The notes under the pieces were generated by a model. It had not been told where the DNA came from, ran no database searches, and worked only from the letters and a program-made list of their open reading frames with translations. DNA of 24,360 nucleotides. It comes from a virus. Taxonomy: Duplodnaviria > Caudoviricetes. Numbering within the stretch: the stretch's first letter is position 1; each line of letters starts with the position of its first letter. The stretch is taken from positions 1 through 24,360 of the IMG/VR virus record IMGVR_UViG_3300017754_004644; one strand, 5' to 3'. The position numbers and the translations under genes are program-made. This document shows, piece by piece, positions 20,097 to 24,360 of this stretch.

Positions 20097-20103
20097 TATT
20101 TAT
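20097..20103 (+). promoter_or_regulatory. Putative late promoter TATTTAT
   Basis: TATTTATA in the 22-nt intergenic gap, 6 nt before ATG 20110. Confidence 0.55.
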
Positions 20104-20109
20104 AACTAA

Positions 20110-22611
20110 ATGGGTTACATAATAAAAAATACTTCAGGTCTTGTGAACACAAGAATAACCGACACCGGAAGACAAAAATTGTCTCAAGGTAGATTTAATG
20201 TTGCTTATTTCCAAGTTGGAGACAGTGAGGTATCATATGACAAATTACCTTTAACATACAATCAAGCAAATAGTTTTGTGTTAGAACCTGAATTTAATGG
20301 ACAAAATACTGCAGGTGTCCCACAATCGAACAAACAATATGTTAAATATCCTTATTTGGTTGATGCCACTGAAACAAATACTTATGGTATACCATTTATG
20401 GATTCTTCTGTTGAGCCTGTTTATAACAGGGCTGCGATGAGAGGTTTTTTTAGTGCGAACACAATTAATAATCCGATAGATTGGAAAGTAATGACAGGTG
20501 ATTATTATGTTGTAAGTGCAAATTTTATGACTCAAATGAGTTTATTGGACGGATCAAATCAATTAACACTAACACAATTAAGTTGTAACCCTCAAAACAC
20601 AAACAAACCAAGTGTTGGAGATTTAATTACAATTTTTTACGATGGTAATGGTAAAAACGATTGTGTTTGTTATGACTTACCTACACCAACTCCGACAGCT
20701 TCACCGACAAATTCACCTACAACAACACTTACACCAACGCCAACGTCAAGTGATGTTTGTGCTTCACCAACCCCAACACCAACACCAACTAAAACACCAT
20801 GTTTATCACCAACCCCAATACCTGTTTGTCCACCAACACCATTACCTGAGTGTTTGATGAACATGAACAGTTGTTATTTAATGTTAACATATAGGATAAT
20901 TGATGTTTGTGAAAATGTTTTAACACTTGATAGAAACCTACCTGACTATAGAAGTTTTTCACCTGATTGTTTTGCAAGAGTGGTAATTTACCCACCAAGT
21001 ATGACCGTACAATATGATAGTTATACACCAAGACCACATTGGGCTGACAACGTTATTGATTTTGAGTCTATTTGTGATATAGACCAGTTCAATGTTAAGA
21101 TATGGAATATGAACATTCCTTGGACTGAAAATCCTGCTGGGTTAATATCAACATTATACGAAGGGTATACTCAATTTGGATCCATAAATTATATTGGTAG
21201 TAAAGAATATTTTGGGTATAACTCATCTAAAGGACAAACAGACACTGATCCACCTTATTATTATAATTCTTTTGATGAGAAGATTGTGGTTAAACCTGAA
21301 GAACAAAAGGCAATCGCAATAGTACATTACACAAATCAAACGATAGATTTCTTTTATGGTGAAAAATTTGCTTTGGAACCATATGATAATACAAATCCTC
21401 AAGATACAACAGGACAAGCAAGAAACTTCAAAATACACATACCATGGTTAATGTGGCATAAAAACCCACAATGTTGTTTTGGTCAAACTTTTTGGGTAGA
21501 TCCTCCAGGATTTGATAATAAAAATCTATTTCAAGTACAATATCTTAAATCAAGTATTAATCAAGACATGAATCAACCTGGTTTAAGATACTATAATTTA
21601 TGGGATACAAACGCAAATTCAAATGGACTACCAAGTAGAGTTGGAAAAGTTTTCCCTGATTCAAAAATAATAATTTTTGATGACGAAGAAATTGTTGCGG
21701 CACTATCATATAAATCTAACAGAAATTTTACACTACCTGCACCTCAAATATCTTTAATCACACCTAATGTTTGTGACACCACAACATCAAGTAATGGTAT
21801 ATTGACTGGAAGTACTGAGGCTATGTACATTACATATGTTTTAGAAAATGATTATGGATTTACAAATTGGTTACATTGTAATTATTACTCTTATTTGGTT
21901 GGTAATAACAACGATTGTAATCCTGACGTTAGTAAAAACGTTAGTGTAAGATTTGGTTCTGAATTTCCTTGTTTAAAACAACCAGGGTATGCACCAATTA
22001 CAACGACAACTACAACAAGTCCTTTAACGACTACAACAACAACTATACCTGTCACAACTACCACAACAACATATTGTCCGTCATGTGATATATCAACAGG
22101 ATTTTGGGCAACAAACTTTAAAATATTGGCTCAAAAAGTTGTTGCAGGACAAAGACCTGACCCAACAAAATGGAAACTTATTGATTTCACATCTCAAATA
22201 CAAAATAGTTTTATTAACGGATACGTTACCGAATCATCACTTACAGGAACTACATTTATTGTTAACCCTCAAAACTACAATTCGGCACCTTATTACAATT
22301 TAAATAATTACATTGATTTAGTACCTGTTGGAACAACAGGAAGAAAGTTAAATTTTGGTGATGAATACTATTTTTATGGTAACATTGAAACCGACATCCA
22401 AGCGACAATTTATGAAATGAAATATAAAATAAATTTAAGTCAGACTGAATTCTTAAAATCACAAAACCCAAGTTGGGTTAACGGAACACCATCCTACATA
22501 ACTGAAATTGGGTTGTTTGATGAAAATAAAGATTTATTAGTCATTTCAAAATTACAATCACCAACCTTAAGACAGGGAATACAACAATATGTGGTGAAGC
22601 TTGATCTTTAA
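20110..22611 (+). CDS. Baseplate/tail-collar (DUF3751 / P2 gpH N-terminal-like) protein with Pro/Thr and poly-Thr inserts (833 aa)
   Basis: N-terminal ITDTGRQKLSQGRFNVAYFQVGDSE and C-terminal YITEIGLFDENKDLLVISKL resemble the first and last motifs of tail-collar fibre-attachment domains (T..G...LA...VGDG; I.EIGLFD..G.L.A). Confidence 0.55.
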   Translation: MGYIIKNTSGLVNTRITDTGRQKLSQGRFNVAYFQVGDSEVSYDKLPLTYNQANSFVLEPEFNGQNTAGVPQSNKQYVKYPYLVDATETNTYGIPFMDSSVEPVYNRAAMRGFFSANTINNPIDWKVMTGDYYVVSANFMTQMSLLDGSNQLTLTQLSCNPQNTNKPSVGDLITIFYDGNGKNDCVCYDLPTPTPTASPTNSPTTTLTPTPTSSDVCASPTPTPTPTKTPCLSPTPIPVCPPTPLPECLMNMNSCYLMLTYRIIDVCENVLTLDRNLPDYRSFSPDCFARVVIYPPSMTVQYDSYTPRPHWADNVIDFESICDIDQFNVKIWNMNIPWTENPAGLISTLYEGYTQFGSINYIGSKEYFGYNSSKGQTDTDPPYYYNSFDEKIVVKPEEQKAIAIVHYTNQTIDFFYGEKFALEPYDNTNPQDTTGQARNFKIHIPWLMWHKNPQCCFGQTFWVDPPGFDNKNLFQVQYLKSSINQDMNQPGLRYYNLWDTNANSNGLPSRVGKVFPDSKIIIFDDEEIVAALSYKSNRNFTLPAPQISLITPNVCDTTTSSNGILTGSTEAMYITYVLENDYGFTNWLHCNYYSYLVGNNNDCNPDVSKNVSVRFGSEFPCLKQPGYAPITTTTTTSPLTTTTTTIPVTTTTTTYCPSCDISTGFWATNFKILAQKVVAGQRPDPTKWKLIDFTSQIQNSFINGYVTESSLTGTTFIVNPQNYNSAPYYNLNNYIDLVPVGTTGRKLNFGDEYYFYGNIETDIQATIYEMKYKINLSQTEFLKSQNPSWVNGTPSYITEIGLFDENKDLLVISKLQSPTLRQGIQQYVVKLDL
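20680..20847 (+). repeat. Coding low-complexity (Pro-Thr)n tract punctuated by Cys
   Basis: Encodes PTPTPTASPTNSPTTTLTPTPTSSDVCASPTPTPTPTKTPCLSPTPIPVCPPTPLP; ACACCA-like hexamer periodicity with synonymous variation. Confidence 0.9.
21991..22071 (+). repeat. Three tandem 27-nt units encoding x-P-hydrophobic-Thr6
   Basis: API-TTTTTT / SPL-TTTTTT / IPV-TTTTTT, using all four Thr codons. Confidence 0.9.
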
Positions 22612-22614
22612 AAC

Positions 22615-22642
22615 TTCACGTTTTTATAACTTTTATTATTTT
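22615..22642 (+). promoter_or_regulatory. Putative early/middle promoter TTCACG-N16-TATTTT
   Basis: Same TTCAC-N17-TAT spacing as at 17018-17045; no TATTTAT in this gap. Confidence 0.4.
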
Positions 22643-22657
22643 AAATAAAAAAACTTT

Positions 22658-23263
22658 ATGTCAAAAAATTTAAAAAACTCACCAAAAGTTTTAGGGTTAG
22701 ACATTTCAACCAAAACCATAGGTTGGGCATTGTTCGATATTAAAACTCAACAATTATTAGAATTAACCCATGTTTCACCAAGACCAAAAGTTGATAAGGA
22801 AGAAGATAAATTAAAAGAACTACTTCTTAAGTCTGAAATTTTTGCTGAAAAACTTAAAGATTATAAAAACTTGGGGATCGTTAGAGTCGTAATTGAAGAA
22901 CCATTACTTAATTCGAATAACGTTTATACGATTCAAACATTGTTGAGATTCAACAGTTTTGTATTTAAAGAGATTTATAATATATTAGGTATTGTACCTG
23001 AATTCATATCAACATATAACTCAAGAAAATTTGCATTTCCTGAGCTAGTTCAAGAGAATGACAAAAAGAAGTTTGTTTTATTTGGGGGATTACCAAAAGA
23101 TATTGATAAGAAAATGATTATTTGGGAAAAAGTGGCAAAAAAAGAACCTCAAATAAAATGGCTTTATACAAGAAACAATACACTTAAAAAAGAAAATTTT
23201 GACCAAACAGATGCTTACACATGTGCTCTTGGTTTTATGAAATCAAAAGGTATTTGGGACTAA
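22658..23263 (+). CDS. ruvC: RuvC-like Holliday junction resolvase (phage type, 201 aa)
   Basis: RNase H-fold catalytic motifs VLGLDISTKTIGWA (Asp), VVIEE (Glu) and C-terminal FDQTDAYTCA (DxxD), plus a basic SRK...KK segment; size typical of stand-alone RuvC. Confidence 0.8.
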   Translation: MSKNLKNSPKVLGLDISTKTIGWALFDIKTQQLLELTHVSPRPKVDKEEDKLKELLLKSEIFAEKLKDYKNLGIVRVVIEEPLLNSNNVYTIQTLLRFNSFVFKEIYNILGIVPEFISTYNSRKFAFPELVQENDKKKFVLFGGLPKDIDKKMIIWEKVAKKEPQIKWLYTRNNTLKKENFDQTDAYTCALGFMKSKGIWD

Positions 23264-23287
23264 TATCGTTTAATATACCGATAATTG

Positions 23288-23321
23288 AAAATATCGTCTT
23301 TTTAGACGATATTTTTTTTTT
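23288..23321. terminator. Rho-independent terminator between convergent genes, probably bidirectional
   Basis: Perfect 12-bp stem AAAATATCGTCT (23288-23299), TTTT loop, AGACGATATTTT (23304-23315), with a T run continuing to 23321; the A-tract on the left gives a shorter U-tail for the minus strand. Confidence 0.85.
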
Positions 23322-24360
23322 AACATAATCCTATTGGATCAATTACAATATTTGCTGATAATGTTGTTGGTGCGACTGATGCACATATTATAACTGATGA
23401 ATACATTGGAATATTTATCGCGGTATTACCTTCACAATTTGTGTAATCAAATTTTTTGGAAGATATACTATTGTTTGTAATTCTATATTGATAAAGTACA
23501 CAAGGTGAAGGAGTTGGTGTTGGTGTAGGGGTTGGTGATGGGGAAGGACAAGGTACCGATAAAAGTGTTGTGTTGAAACCGGATAATTCCTCAATACAAT
23601 CTGTTGAAGAATTGATGGTGTTAACATAATCCCATTCTAAAATAGACCCAACAGGAATATCACTATCAATATTTAAATAACAACCAACCAAGTCAGTTGT
23701 TAATTCTTTACAAACCCATCTACCATTTAAAGAATCCCAATAAATTTGATAAGTATATTGAGGGTATGCAGGAAAAGTCCAAGTATATGACAATTTCCCA
23801 TTAATAAATGAACCAGGGTTAACATTAATATTACCACATTCAGAGTTAACAACTAAACATTCTAAAATTGGTTCTGGTGTTGGTGGAATACAATCAATAC
23901 AACCACCTTGATCATAAGGACCAACTAAATCTACAATCTGTACGTTATCAATACCACTTATGTTTTCAACTAAACCATCAAATACCGCACAAATACCAAT
24001 ACCATTAATATATGTACTATAAACATAACCTTGACTCAGAGTATTTCCTGACGGATCAAATAAGTTTTGAGTTGTGTAGTAATCTAAACCTGTGAAACAA
24101 TCTTTGAATTTTTTGCTATTAGCACAAGTCATAATTTCATTGATAGTATTGAATATTACGGTACCACTATAAACACAAGGTCTGGTAACATCAGGCGTTG
24201 GTGTTGGGGTTGGTGTTTGTGATGCCGATGGTAGTGGTGTTTTTTTAAGTCCTCCCACATCGGCAAATACACCACCACACGGATTGGATGTTGTTGGTGT
24301 AGGAGTTGGTGTAGGTGTTGGAGTTGCGGTTGGTGTTAATGACGGTGTTGGTGTTACCAA
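23320..24360 (-). CDS. Pro/Thr-rich, Cys-rich putative virion protein (5'-truncated at window end)
   Basis: Frame open to the window edge (the TTG start in the track is only the first codon in view); three (PT)n tracts, many Cys, one NGKxSY...IYWD...W module; stop TAA abuts the terminator. Confidence 0.75.
   Translation of the reverse strand: MVTPTPSLTPTATPTPTPTPTPTTSNPCGGVFADVGGLKKTPLPSASQTPTPTPTPDVTRPCVYSGTVIFNTINEIMTCANSKKFKDCFTGLDYYTTQNLFDPSGNTLSQGYVYSTYINGIGICAVFDGLVENISGIDNVQIVDLVGPYDQGGCIDCIPPTPEPILECLVVNSECGNINVNPGSFINGKLSYTWTFPAYPQYTYQIYWDSLNGRWVCKELTTDLVGCYLNIDSDIPVGSILEWDYVNTINSSTDCIEELSGFNTTLLSVPCPSPSPTPTPTPTPSPCVLYQYRITNNSISSKKFDYTNCEGNTAINIPMYSSVIICASVAPTTLSANIVIDPIGLC
23501..23550 (-). 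repeat. Cys-bracketed (Pro-Ser/Thr)n tract
   Basis: Encodes C-PSPSPTPTPTPTPSP-C. Confidence 0.85.
24191..24360 (-). repeat. Two (Pro-Thr)n tracts
   Basis: Encodes VTPTPSLTPTATPTPTPTPTPTT (24291-24360) and TPLPSASQTPTPTPTP (24191-24240). Confidence 0.85.

Noticed and set aside
22658-23263. RuvC-domain protein as TnpB/Cas12/IscB or transposase
   Set aside because: Only 201 aa, catalytic Asp at the very N-terminus, no zinc finger, no CRISPR array or IS ends, and intergenic space too short for a guide RNA.
9876-23627. Remaining short ORFs in the track (e.g. 9876-10058, 11578-11781, 16545-16751, 18177-18359, 18823-19026, 20281-20535, 20642-20857, 20670-20864, 20789-21037, 21223-21438, 22085-22303, 22262-22471, 23415-23627)
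   Set aside because: All overlap longer genes; the His/Gln-rich and Gly/Val-rich ones are alternative-frame or antisense readings of the PT repeats.
1-24360. Stop-codon reassignment as in some large Bacteroidota phages
   Set aside because: Genes are long and contiguous in the standard code; TAG (1053, 16989) and TGA (18032) end genes at sensible boundaries followed by regulatory motifs.
20680-24360. ACACCA/GGTGTT tandem repeats as CRISPR array, DGR repeats or origin iterons
   Set aside because: They are in-frame coding repeats with synonymous third-position variation, no spacers, no adenine-specific template/variable pair and no reverse transcriptase nearby.
1-24360. tRNA, rRNA or structured ncRNA genes; introns or inteins
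   Set aside because: The largest intergenic gaps are under 80 bp with no cloverleaf, and no intein or homing-endonuclease motifs were seen in the large ORFs.

Overview
AT-rich, densely coding window that reads as part of the virion (baseplate/tail) module of a large contractile-tailed (myovirus-type, probably jumbo) phage, most plausibly of a Bacteroidota/Flavobacteria host. The + strand carries twelve co-oriented genes: a 5'-truncated T4 gp6/baseplate-J-like wedge protein, a 1925-aa protein with an internal hydrophobic region, several unknown structural proteins (one with a PKD-like domain), a gp7/P2-gpI-like wedge protein, two Cys-rich SprB-repeat proteins, a GT-A glycosyltransferase, a tail-collar/DUF3751-like protein with Pro/Thr and poly-Thr inserts, and a RuvC-like resolvase. 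A hairpin terminator separates these from a 5'-truncated minus-strand Pro/Thr- and Cys-rich gene. A TATTTAT motif precedes four structural genes, while the two enzyme genes have a different TTCAC-N17-TAT motif. The main candidate new system is an enzyme with the motif order of plant/algal peptide O-glycosyltransferases (SGT1/GT96, HPAT/GT95) embedded among virion proteins carrying mucin/extensin-like (PT)n, T6 and [ST]G-rich segments, suggesting phage-encoded O-glycosylation of its own virion. All family assignments are from motif recognition by eye; no database search was run.
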